A stretch of DNA of 59,767 bases, the filler included. It is 4 parts of 4 records of this genome, joined end to end, with 100 filler letters (N's around TTAATTAATTAA, not from the genome) between each part and the next. Parts side by side here need not be neighbours in the genome. Positions count along the whole stretch, not along the records: positions 12,816 to 38,954 come from SRR22947727_2970; positions 39,055 to 48,404 come from SRR22947727_2975; 2 more parts are not named here. One strand, 5' to 3'. Shown here one piece after another: positions 29,600-39,176 of the stretch. How positions within the stretch are numbered: position 1 is the stretch's first letter; each line of letters starts with the position of its first letter. The notes beneath the pieces were generated by a model. The model saw only the letters and a program-made list of their open reading frames with translations. It was not told where the DNA came from and did not search any database. The translations under genes were made by a program, and so were the position numbers.

Positions 29600-30303
29600 A
29601 GCAATCTCTACCCATTGATATAGCTATAGTGAATTGTGTCAATCAAGACGAAGCTATTAAAACTTTAAATTACTGTAATAGATTTTTCAATTTTAATAAT
29701 TCTTTTTTATTTTCTGATAATAATCCTTATGAAAATGAGAATACCTTTGTAGAGATTAAAAAAATTCAGAACATAAATCAATATAACAATTTCATGCTAC
29801 AAATTGGTAAGTATATCAAATCAGACTTTCTCTTGGTAGTTCAGGATGATGGACATATAGTGAATAGTAATAAGTGGTCTGAAAATTTTTTAAATTATGA
29901 TTACATTGGAGCACCCTGGCCAAATTCAAGGAAATGGAATAAAAGGTGGAAAGGTCATAATAGAGAGTTGATTATTAATAATCTCGCTAATAATAGGGTT
30001 GGAAATGGTGGGTTTAGCCTCAGGAGTAAAAAGTTTCTAGAATTTAGTGCACAATATGTGAACTGTGAGGAATACGCCGAAGATGTTTTTTTATGTATTT
30101 TAAAATACGAAGAAGCAATAAAAAATGGAATCAAGTTCGCCCCTTATGATGTTGCATCCGAGTTTTCTATGGAGGTTCCTCAAGGCGGCTTTAGGAATAG
30201 GAAAGAGATGAAAAATAAAAACTTTAATATAGAAAATCATTTTGGGTGGCATGGAAAAAGATTCAAAAATTCTTCAGATTTACTTGATCTTAAGTTTTCC
30301 TAA
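29596..30303 (+). CDS. DUF5672-like putative glycosyltransferase
   Basis: VQDDG, YDYIGAPW, VGNGGFSLRSK, ED, FGWH. Confidence 0.8.
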   Translation: MKQSLPIDIAIVNCVNQDEAIKTLNYCNRFFNFNNSFLFSDNNPYENENTFVEIKKIQNINQYNNFMLQIGKYIKSDFLLVVQDDGHIVNSNKWSENFLNYDYIGAPWPNSRKWNKRWKGHNRELIINNLANNRVGNGGFSLRSKKFLEFSAQYVNCEEYAEDVFLCILKYEEAIKNGIKFAPYDVASEFSMEVPQGGFRNRKEMKNKNFNIENHFGWHGKRFKNSSDLLDLKFS

Positions 30304-30327
30304 GAATAGTTAGCTAAAATTTAAAAT

Positions 30328-31272
30328 ATGTCAGATAGTATTCATTTTGTATATGCAGTAGATAAAAACTATAACCATCAGTTATTGATTTCGATAAACA
30401 GTTTGTTGTCTAAATTTACAGGCAAAGCAATAATACACATTATTCATAAGGATGCAAAAAGTATTGAAAAACAGCTTAAAAAAATACAGAGTTATGAAAA
30501 CCTTGAACAAATTAATGTCTATCAATTTATTAAAGATAACAATAGTTTCCCAAATATTGAAGGAACACACATATCTGAAGCAACATACTATCGATTATTC
30601 ATAAATAAGTACATTCCCGATGATATAGATAGCTATATATATTTAGATGCGGACATAATATGCTTGAATGATGCTTATGAGAAAATTAACAAAACCTTTT
30701 CTGTGCTAAAAAAAAGTAATTATAAAGTTGCTGCAAGAACGGAGATGCAGAGAGAAACTAATGAGCTGAAATTTTCCTCCTTGGGCATCAAGGGAACAAT
30801 ATACTTTAATGCTGGTGTATTATTTGTAAACAATAAATTGTGGAGAAAAGAAGAAGTATATGATCGACTGTTAGCTCATCTTGAAAAGATTAAAGATAAA
30901 TTAGAGTTTTGGGATCAAGATGTTTTAAATTCTTTTTTCGAAGGATACTATTTAGAGATAGAAGATGGATTAAATAATGGGTTGGATCTTTCTAAACCCA
31001 CAAAGAACTATCAAGGAACTTTTTCAAGTACTATATTTTTGCACTATCAAGGGAGTAATAAACCGTGGTCAATTCAGGGAAGTCTTCATTCCGGAAGTAA
31101 ATACTATCATTCAGAATACAATAAATTTTTTGATAAAAAGTATCATATTAAATCAAGATACTCTAAAGGTGATTTAATTATATTATTTAGAATGTTGTTT
31201 TCAGGAAGAATATTTTCCCTAGAATATCCATTTATATTTTTCTACTATTCATTAAAAGCAATTTTAAGATGA
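30328..31272 (+). CDS. Glycosyltransferase family 8
   Basis: TYYRL, YLDADII, YFNAGV, DQDVLN, HY..KPW. Confidence 0.92.
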   Translation: MSDSIHFVYAVDKNYNHQLLISINSLLSKFTGKAIIHIIHKDAKSIEKQLKKIQSYENLEQINVYQFIKDNNSFPNIEGTHISEATYYRLFINKYIPDDIDSYIYLDADIICLNDAYEKINKTFSVLKKSNYKVAARTEMQRETNELKFSSLGIKGTIYFNAGVLFVNNKLWRKEEVYDRLLAHLEKIKDKLEFWDQDVLNSFFEGYYLEIEDGLNNGLDLSKPTKNYQGTFSSTIFLHYQGSNKPWSIQGSLHSGSKYYHSEYNKFFDKKYHIKSRYSKGDLIILFRMLFSGRIFSLEYPFIFFYYSLKAILR

Positions 31273-32063
31273 GCATGAATAATTTTATACACGCAGACGA
31301 CTTTGGCATGAATGACTCTATATCAAAATCAATTTTAGATTGCATACAGACAGGTTCTATAAATAGTGTTTCAGTAATGCTTGGAGGATCTACAAAATAT
31401 TATCAAGACTTGATAAAAACAGGAATTAAAATTAAGTTGCACCTAAATCTAACAAGTAACCCTAAAATCTATAATTCAAGCAATAAAAACTTGCTGGATG
31501 AACTTACTTTCTTCAAACTCTTATATATGAAAAAACAATTTAGAGAACAAATTCTTGGTGAAATAAGATTACAGATTAAAGATTTCAGTGAATTTTTTGA
31601 ATCAGAAAGAATCGCTCTCGATGGCCATCACCACATTCAAATTATTCCTTGGATTTATGAATCTTTTTCTACTTTTGAAGAGTTTAATATTTCCGAAGTG
31701 AGAATATCTAAAGAAAGAATATTTATCGATAAATATTCTGTTTTATTAAATTCTAGATTTTATAGAAACCTAACAGCTGTTTTACTTCTTAAAAAGGTAT
31801 GCTCTAGCATAGAAAATAAATATGAAAATACGCCAAATTTTTATGGATTACTATATTCGGGCCTACATAGTATTTCTACTATTGAAAAATTTAAGACTAT
31901 TCAACATGATCAATTAAGTGAAATATCATTTCACCCAGGATTAATTGAAGATAATGATATTTTAAATATGCATCCAAAAGACTTTAATTATTACAATAAC
32001 GACTACAGAAAAACTGATAACAAATTAGTTTCATCTAAAGAACTTAGAAAACTTTTTTTATAA
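31269..32063 (+). CDS. YdjC/ChbG-family carbohydrate deacetylase
   Basis: ADDFG, LHLNLT, DGHHHI, E..FHPG. Confidence 0.88.
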   Translation: MSMNNFIHADDFGMNDSISKSILDCIQTGSINSVSVMLGGSTKYYQDLIKTGIKIKLHLNLTSNPKIYNSSNKNLLDELTFFKLLYMKKQFREQILGEIRLQIKDFSEFFESERIALDGHHHIQIIPWIYESFSTFEEFNISEVRISKERIFIDKYSVLLNSRFYRNLTAVLLLKKVCSSIENKYENTPNFYGLLYSGLHSISTIEKFKTIQHDQLSEISFHPGLIEDNDILNMHPKDFNYYNNDYRKTDNKLVSSKELRKLFL

Positions 32064-32768
32064 GTACATTTTTCTTATTTTAAATAAATTTATTAACATT
32101 TCAACTGAATCTTTAAACACACCTACATTTGAATGTTTCCCCATTACTACGACTTTAGTAAAAATGGGAATAGGCTTAATACCTATTTTCTTTGCAAGTA
32201 AAAACAATTCAATATCAAAATCAAAATTATCTGATGTAAAATTTGCACAGTTAGTGAATATAGATTTATCAATAAATTTGAAACCAGCCTGAGTATCATT
32301 TGAATCGATTTTAAGTATTTTTTTTACTAAAAGATTGTAAACTCTTCCAGCAACTAATCGAAGTAGGGAAACATTAGAAAATAATTCTCTTGATAGTTTT
32401 CGACTTACATACATAAAAGATGATTTAGGGTGCCCCTTTTCATCGAAAAACTTTTTTAAATTATCGATGTTATAGGAAAAATCTGCATCAAATATTACAA
32501 TATTTTTAAATTCTGAATTTATCAACCCTTGTTTCACAGCTGCCCCTTTCCCTGGTTTATCCAATATCATATGATTCACGAAATAGTGATGTTTTATATC
32601 CTCAATTAAATTAAGTGAGTCGCTACTACTTCCATTTGATATGATTAGAATTTCAAAAGACTTTATATTTTCAGTACAAAATTTTTTTAATTGGGCAAAG
32701 TTATTTAAGATACTTTCTTCATGATCTTTAGTCGGAAGTAATAATGTAATATTTTTCACTTTAGCCAA
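32058..32768 (-). CDS. GT2 polyprenyl-phosphate sugar synthase-like protein
   Basis: GKGAAVKQG, DAD, DTQAGFK, FDFDIEL. Confidence 0.85.
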   Translation of the reverse strand: MAKVKNITLLLPTKDHEESILNNFAQLKKFCTENIKSFEILIISNGSSSDSLNLIEDIKHHYFVNHMILDKPGKGAAVKQGLINSEFKNIVIFDADFSYNIDNLKKFFDEKGHPKSSFMYVSRKLSRELFSNVSLLRLVAGRVYNLLVKKILKIDSNDTQAGFKFIDKSIFTNCANFTSDNFDFDIELFLLAKKIGIKPIPIFTKVVVMGKHSNVGVFKDSVEMLINLFKIRKMYL

Positions 32769-32814
32769 TCTTAATAAAGTTTTTTTAAAAAAGAATATAA
32801 TTTATAATTGTAAA

Positions 32815-34488
32815 ATGAATCAAATCATACATAAAAATAAAAATTTACTCTTTTACGGCATCTTGTTTATTTTTTTTATATTCCAAGTTAGATATATTTC
32901 GCTTGGCGGAACTACTTACGATGCTGATGGGCTAAGATTTGGAAGCAATATAGTCTTAGAAAAAATTCAACGGATTCTAAATTTTAATACAAATTTTAGT
33001 GATCTCCCATTTACTAATGTTGAATATTACGGAATGATAGTTATATTACCTGCATATATTTTTTCTCAAACCTTAATTAGATTAGTTAATGATCCGAATT
33101 TTTTTGGTTATGAAAATCTCGATGGAGTCATATATTTTCTAATGAATTTCTATCTAATAGTTTATGTGTGTGCATGTTTACTGCTAATTTATAAAAAACT
33201 AGAGAAAAACTTAAATTGGGAAACAAGTTTATCTTTTCTAGTGTTGCTAATTATGACGCCAAGTTTTAGTGGACATTCCTTGTTTAACCACAAGGATATA
33301 CCCTATATGATGCAACTTTTTTTATTTGCAGTTTTTTTCCAAGAGTTTATAGAAAAGTATAAAAGCCGAGAACTTATAGAAAATACTTTTGTATATAAAT
33401 TAGGTTTATTAATGGGGCTTATTTTATCTGTAAGGATTAATGCAATATTTTTTGCTTCACTAATAATATTTATTGGATATACATATTTGATAGTTGCAAG
33501 TAGAGTGAGTCATTTTGAAATTCTTAAAATCTTTTTAAGAATTTACATTATCGGGTTTATAGTACTTTACACCCTAACACCCTCTGCTTGGCTGGAACCC
33601 ATCAATTGGCTGTCAAAAGCATTGTCCATTCAATTTGATCATAATTGGAGTGGATCAACCCTAACAAATGGTGAATTCGTAATAGCTGAAGAGATGAATC
33701 GAACTTATCTCCTAAATTGGTTTTTTTATAAATTACCATTAATTTTTCATGCTTCATTTTTATGTTATATATATATAAAATTAAAAAAAATTAAGCTCAA
33801 TCTACTAACGGAACTTTCCCTTGCATTTATCGCTTTAACTTTTATAACATTTTCAATTATTAGACCTGGAGTTTATGATGGATTACGACAATTTTTGTTC
33901 TTAATTCCCTTTTTTACTATCTTTGCGACAGATGTTGTTTTGACTATAGTCAAACTTAATAAGACTAATTCAAAATATATTCTTTTCATAATATTTTTAT
34001 ACTTAAGTTTTTCTCAATTTGGCCTCGGTCCTTATAAGTACGCTTATTTTAATGAGTTAACTAATATCGATGAAATAGCTATTGAATGCAATAATGTAGA
34101 TGGGTGTGGAAATTGGCCAACTGACTATTGGGGCTACTCAGGTAAAGAAATTGCAATATTTATAAATAACAATTTATTAACTGAAGAATTTGGTTCAATT
34201 TCTAATTATGCCTGGAGGGGAAATACTACTTCGGTTTTATTTTGTAGACCAGCAATAGCTACCTCTCCATATTTAAATAAAGATTTAAATTACAACAAAC
34301 TAACGACTGGAGATTACTCCAGAAGTGAATTTTATATAGTCACCTATCATAGACCAAGATTTAATGATGATTCCTGTTTATTTACCGCTAATAATCTCGA
34401 ATACTATTGTGATGAAGTGAAGTCATTTTCTAAAAAAATAAGGTTTCAGGAAATAAAATTAGCATACATCAAAGAATGTAGGATTTAA
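32815..34488 (+). CDS. ArnT/PMT-like GT-C membrane glycosyltransferase
   Basis: Multi-TM; YYG, GHSLFNHKDIP, YDGLRQFLF, DYWG. Confidence 0.7.
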   Translation: MNQIIHKNKNLLFYGILFIFFIFQVRYISLGGTTYDADGLRFGSNIVLEKIQRILNFNTNFSDLPFTNVEYYGMIVILPAYIFSQTLIRLVNDPNFFGYENLDGVIYFLMNFYLIVYVCACLLLIYKKLEKNLNWETSLSFLVLLIMTPSFSGHSLFNHKDIPYMMQLFLFAVFFQEFIEKYKSRELIENTFVYKLGLLMGLILSVRINAIFFASLIIFIGYTYLIVASRVSHFEILKIFLRIYIIGFIVLYTLTPSAWLEPINWLSKALSIQFDHNWSGSTLTNGEFVIAEEMNRTYLLNWFFYKLPLIFHASFLCYIYIKLKKIKLNLLTELSLAFIALTFITFSIIRPGVYDGLRQFLFLIPFFTIFATDVVLTIVKLNKTNSKYILFIIFLYLSFSQFGLGPYKYAYFNELTNIDEIAIECNNVDGCGNWPTDYWGYSGKEIAIFINNNLLTEEFGSISNYAWRGNTTSVLFCRPAIATSPYLNKDLNYNKLTTGDYSRSEFYIVTYHRPRFNDDSCLFTANNLEYYCDEVKSFSKKIRFQEIKLAYIKECRI

Positions 34489-34506
34489 GTAGTAGGATTA
34501 AATAAC

Positions 34507-35199
34507 TTGAATATTAAAAAAACATCCGGCGTTTCAGTAGTAATGAGTGTTTTTAATGACTCTAAAAGAGTATCAACTGCAATAGAAAGTATATTAACTC
34601 AATCTCATACAAATTATGAATTTTTAATAATGGATGATTGCTCCACAGATGAGACTTATAAGATTTGTAGTGAGTATGAAAAAAAGTACGATCAAATAAA
34701 ACTGTTTAGAAATAGTAAAAATATTGGACTTACAAAATCCTTAAATATTTTATGCAAAGAAGCACAGTATGAATATATAGCTCGGCAAGACTCAGATGAT
34801 TACAGTAGGCCAGAAAGATTTACACAACAACTAAATTTCATAAAAAAAAATAATTTAGACATTTGTCTAACAAGAGCAACACTTAATGACACCCAAAGAA
34901 AAAGACCAACACTTAGCTATTTATTTCCTCCAAAGCTTGTAGTAAGATTTAAAAATCCGTTTATTCATGGGACATTAATGATTAAAAAAACTACTTTAAT
35001 TAATCTAGGTTTTTATAACGAAAACTATAAATATGCTCAAGATTACAAACTCTTTTCCGATGCTATTAAGAAAAGATACAAAATTAAAACTTTGCATAAA
35101 ACTCTTTATACCTTAAACACAAAAAATAATATTTCTTCAAAGTATAAAAAAGAGCAAAAATATTATGCTGAGTGCGTAAAAAATGAAGTATTACCATGA
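34507..35199 (+). CDS. Glycosyltransferase family 2
   Basis: SVVMSVFN, DDCSTD, GLTKSLN, ARQDSDD, QDY. Confidence 0.9.
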   Translation: MNIKKTSGVSVVMSVFNDSKRVSTAIESILTQSHTNYEFLIMDDCSTDETYKICSEYEKKYDQIKLFRNSKNIGLTKSLNILCKEAQYEYIARQDSDDYSRPERFTQQLNFIKKNNLDICLTRATLNDTQRKRPTLSYLFPPKLVVRFKNPFIHGTLMIKKTTLINLGFYNENYKYAQDYKLFSDAIKKRYKIKTLHKTLYTLNTKNNISSKYKKEQKYYAECVKNEVLP

Positions 35200-36647
35200 C
35201 TGCTAAATTAATAAATATAGAGTATTTTAAAAGAGGCATTTCTTTAAATATATTACAAGTTTCTTCATCTCTGGCATTAGGTTTAGTTACTTCAATTATG
35301 TATTTTTCATTGCTTAGCGGTAAAGATTTCGTAATTTATACATTGATTCAGTTGACAGTTTTTTTCTTTGTAAACTTTTCGAGTCTTGAATTAAATCAAT
35401 ATATTAGAAAGTATATTCCAGTCATGGATAATGATAAATCCCTTCTTTTTCTTGCAAAAATATTAGTAACTGTGATTAGATTCTTTCTAGCTGGAATACT
35501 TATTTACTATTTTATTCTTCAATATTCAAATATTTACTCTACTTTTGAAGAGTCCAAAAATCTTATTTACGTATCTATTTTTGTACTTTCGATAACCCAA
35601 ATATTTGCAAGTTTTATATCAACTTTTATTTCAGCACAAGAAAAATTTGATCTTATAGAAAAAAAGTATTTTTATTTCTTAACACCGTATAAAGTAATTT
35701 CAATTATATTTTTTTACTTTTTTAGTAGCAACTTAATAACGGCGATTGTACTGAATTTTTTCTTGAGATTACTTCAATTGATATTGATTATAAACTTTTT
35801 AGAAAGAAAAAAATTATTTAAACATATTTTAAATAAAAAACCTGAAATTAAAGAGTTCAATTTAAAAAAGAATATAAAATTTACAACCAAAAACTTTTTG
35901 TATATGAATTATCCACTTTTATTTCTATCTTTAATTCCAACATATCTTAGTAAAAGTTATAGCTTAGATGATGTAGCAGTTTTTACATTAGTTTTAACAT
36001 TATTCAACTCTATAAAACCTATTTTACATGCAATCTCAACTTTAATAAATCCATCGATTGTAAATTTAAAAAATATGGATAAGACTAGAGAACTAAATTT
36101 AATAATTAGAACCACTATAAATATAATTGTTACACTTCATGTTTCTGGAATTTTAATCATATGGCTTCATTTGAATTACGATGGATTTACTGAATTCTTT
36201 TTACAATATTTTAGCTACAATTTATTTTCAGATTTTATTAACTCAATTCTTGTAATATCGTTATTTAGTGTACTAACAATGATTCAACAGTCATATTATT
36301 TAGCTTCTAGTTACGAAACTAAGTTCTTTGCAACATCATTTTTAGCAACTTTTTTGAGTATTGGTTATATTATAATATTCGTACTCCAAGAGCTTAATCT
36401 GAACTTTGTTTTGGGGGTGCTTGTTGTCTTTTACTGTGTTAAGTATTTTTTATCACTTTATTTAGCATATGATAGTATCAAATTTTCCTTCATTACACCA
36501 CTAGGCGTAATCATCTTGTTTCCATTTTCATTGATTACTTTTAAATTTGATAATTTTACAGTGTATATGATCTCATTATTAGCTATTTTATTAATTACTA
36601 TTTATCTAATTATTAAACTTTACAATCAACTCAAAACAGGTAAATAA
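35196..36647 (+). CDS. Wzx-like polysaccharide flippase
   Basis: About 12-14 hydrophobic segments in 483 aa, inside the glycan cluster. Confidence 0.6.
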   Translation: MTAKLINIEYFKRGISLNILQVSSSLALGLVTSIMYFSLLSGKDFVIYTLIQLTVFFFVNFSSLELNQYIRKYIPVMDNDKSLLFLAKILVTVIRFFLAGILIYYFILQYSNIYSTFEESKNLIYVSIFVLSITQIFASFISTFISAQEKFDLIEKKYFYFLTPYKVISIIFFYFFSSNLITAIVLNFFLRLLQLILIINFLERKKLFKHILNKKPEIKEFNLKKNIKFTTKNFLYMNYPLLFLSLIPTYLSKSYSLDDVAVFTLVLTLFNSIKPILHAISTLINPSIVNLKNMDKTRELNLIIRTTINIIVTLHVSGILIIWLHLNYDGFTEFFLQYFSYNLFSDFINSILVISLFSVLTMIQQSYYLASSYETKFFATSFLATFLSIGYIIIFVLQELNLNFVLGVLVVFYCVKYFLSLYLAYDSIKFSFITPLGVIILFPFSLITFKFDNFTVYMISLLAILLITIYLIIKLYNQLKTGK

Positions 36648-36650
36648 TAT

Positions 36651-38177
36651 ATGAAAGTTTATGATTTATCATGGAAAATTTTTACCTACTATGTGTTAGC
36701 TATACTTTATTTAGGAAAACCTCTAGTCAAAGTTACTTTTATTGAAAATTCTGAATTTTATTTAGTGTTCATTTTTACATTTTATTATCTTACTTTACAT
36801 GTTGTTGAATTAGTGATTAATTTTCTAAAAAATAAAAGTTTATCTTTTAGTGAATCTGTATATTTTTTAATATTCTTATATATATTCTTTCAGTTGTCAT
36901 TATTAGAAGATATTTCCCTCCTAGCGTTGAAAAAATTTTGGATTCTTATCTCATTCCTAATTTGTATATTAATTTATAACAATAAATTTAAAATTCAAAA
37001 TCATTTGACTATCGTATTAGAGAAAATTAACAACTATCTATTGATACTGTCATTCTTACTTTTTTTTCAAACTCTTTTGGGTAAAGCTGGAACTTACGGA
37101 TTAATTTTTTATTCTAATTCTTATATATCTCAAAATTTATTCGATTTCAAACCTCAACGTATATTTATAGCTATATTATTTACTTTCTTGTTCTTAAGCT
37201 CAAAAAAGTATTCAATAGGTAATTTACTCCTAATAGTTAATACTGCGTTATTACTTTCATTTTCTCGAATTATTGTAGTAATGTTTGTTGTTTCATTATG
37301 TATGTATTTTATTTTATTTAAAGAATACAAAACTTCAGTGTATATTTGTACTGCAGTAACAATCTTTCTACTTTCGGGGTTAGTTGATGTAGTAGGTAAT
37401 GTAAGTAACAGAATTATAGTTGATGAAAAGGGGGAAGAGTTTATCGCATTAGTGTGTGCTCGAAACCTTGATGACGGTATAGATATTAATGAGAAGCTTT
37501 TAAAAGAGCTGTATGTTAAAAGAAATGTTGATTATGGACAATATCCAACTTTACCTAGATACTTTTCATTTTCCAATATTTTAGAATCATTTAATTTTAT
37601 AGAAAAAAATATTCCTGAACTTTATTATTTTGGTAAAAAAGATATTTGTAATAATTATTCAGACAAAATCATACGTTCGAGTTTGTATGTTAAAGATTGT
37701 AATACATTGGAAAATAAAAAATGCGCAAGTGATATAAATAATCCAGATCTTTTTAAGTCACAGTCTCAATCTGCTCAACTTGGTGGGAATATAGAGTTCA
37801 GGATTGGCCTTTGGTCAAAAGTAATTCAAAAGCAAAATAGTGAAGAGGGCAATAAATTTATTGGACTTAAGGTTAAAGATAGCTTGCCAAAAATAGTCAA
37901 TCCAGATATAAATTATGGGAATCTATGGCATGCACACAGCTCTATATTTTCAATATATGGTTTTTTTGGTTTTTCAGGCATACTACTTTTTCTGATTTCA
38001 CTTACTTCGGTAATAATTAATGATTATGAATTTGATAAAAGATACTTAGTTATTTTTACCTCAATATTTATTTTATCAATTTCTGATGGGGTGCTTGAAA
38101 CTCCTGATTTGTCAATTCTTTTTTCTTTTTTTGCTGCTTTCTTAAAAAACAACTACAACACAAATACAGAAACGTAG
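36651..38177 (+). CDS. O-antigen ligase/polymerase-like membrane protein
   Basis: Multi-TM; SFSR, RIGLW, HAHS. Confidence 0.65.
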   Translation: MKVYDLSWKIFTYYVLAILYLGKPLVKVTFIENSEFYLVFIFTFYYLTLHVVELVINFLKNKSLSFSESVYFLIFLYIFFQLSLLEDISLLALKKFWILISFLICILIYNNKFKIQNHLTIVLEKINNYLLILSFLLFFQTLLGKAGTYGLIFYSNSYISQNLFDFKPQRIFIAILFTFLFLSSKKYSIGNLLLIVNTALLLSFSRIIVVMFVVSLCMYFILFKEYKTSVYICTAVTIFLLSGLVDVVGNVSNRIIVDEKGEEFIALVCARNLDDGIDINEKLLKELYVKRNVDYGQYPTLPRYFSFSNILESFNFIEKNIPELYYFGKKDICNNYSDKIIRSSLYVKDCNTLENKKCASDINNPDLFKSQSQSAQLGGNIEFRIGLWSKVIQKQNSEEGNKFIGLKVKDSLPKIVNPDINYGNLWHAHSSIFSIYGFFGFSGILLFLISLTSVIINDYEFDKRYLVIFTSIFILSISDGVLETPDLSILFSFFAAFLKNNYNTNTET

Positions 38178-38350
38178 TTCTATTTATTATTCATATACAC
38201 TGCGAGAAAGTATAGTTTCCAGATTCTGAGAGCATTTATTCTTGACTTGTATTTAAATAACATCCACACATTATTTTTCTCTTTTACTTAATACTTTTGA
38301 ATTATATATTGATGATTTAATTAGAGAAATAAAGTAAGTATTATTATGTT

Positions 38351-38954
38351 ATGAAAAATTCACACTTATTAGTTGTGACACCTACTTACAATGAGGCTGA
38401 GAATATTGAATATTTTATGCAAAATGTTAAATCACTAGGTTTAGATTTATTAATCGTTGATGACAATTCACCAGATGGAACCTCAAACTTAGTTAGAAAA
38501 TTTGCAGATAAATCTAATGGATTATTTCTGATTACAAGGGGTGCAAAATTAGGTCTTGGTTCAGCATACAGAGAAGGTTTCAACTGGGCATTAAATAAAA
38601 ATTATAACTCAATAATTGAAATGGACGCTGACTTTTCACACACATTTGAAGACTTACAAAATTTAATAAAACAAACCAAAAACACTGATTTAGTGATTGG
38701 TAGTCGCTATATAGACGGTGGTAGTACTTTAGGTTGGGACTTTAAGAGAAAACTACTATCAAAAACTGCAAATATAGTCACTAAATATTTAGTAGGGTCT
38801 AGTGTGAATGATCTAACTAGTGGATTTAGAATTTATAGCCATGGTGCATTAAAAAAAATTGATTTTAATAACATAAAATCTGATGGATATTCATTTCAAA
38901 TAGAGATGACTTGTGAAGCAATGAAAAAGAACCTTAGAGTAAAAGAGTATCCGA
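38351..38954 (+). CDS. Polyprenol monophosphomannose synthase, 3'-truncated
   Basis: PTYNEAENI, DDNSPDGT, KLGLGSAY, EMDADFSH, GSRY, DLTSGFR, GYSFQIE. Confidence 0.9.
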
Positions 38955-39054
38955 NNNNNNNNNNNNNNNNNNNNNNNNNNNNNNNNNNNNNNNNNNNNTT
39001 AATTAATTAANNNNNNNNNNNNNNNNNNNNNNNNNNNNNNNNNNNNNNNNNNNN
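38955..39054. other. Artificial contig linker
   Basis: N44-TTAATTAATTAA-N44. Confidence 0.98.
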
Positions 39055-39109
39055 CATATCTAAAAATATATACAAATCGAAATCATTTTAAATGTTGACA
39101 ATGAATAAA

Positions 39110-39138
39110 TTGCTTGTATTCTTCATGCGGTTTATAAT
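39110..39138 (+). promoter_or_regulatory. Sigma70-type promoter of the TonB-dependent receptor
   Basis: TTGCTT-17 nt-TATAAT; GAGG RBS downstream. Confidence 0.6.
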
Positions 39139-39176
39139 ACAGATATAAATAAGCTTATTTAAAGAGGAAATTACAC

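Noticed and set aside
38178-38350. Possible small ORF or ncRNA in the largest gap of the glycan island
   Set aside because: Only short ORFs of about 27 codons were found, with no motif or clear structure.
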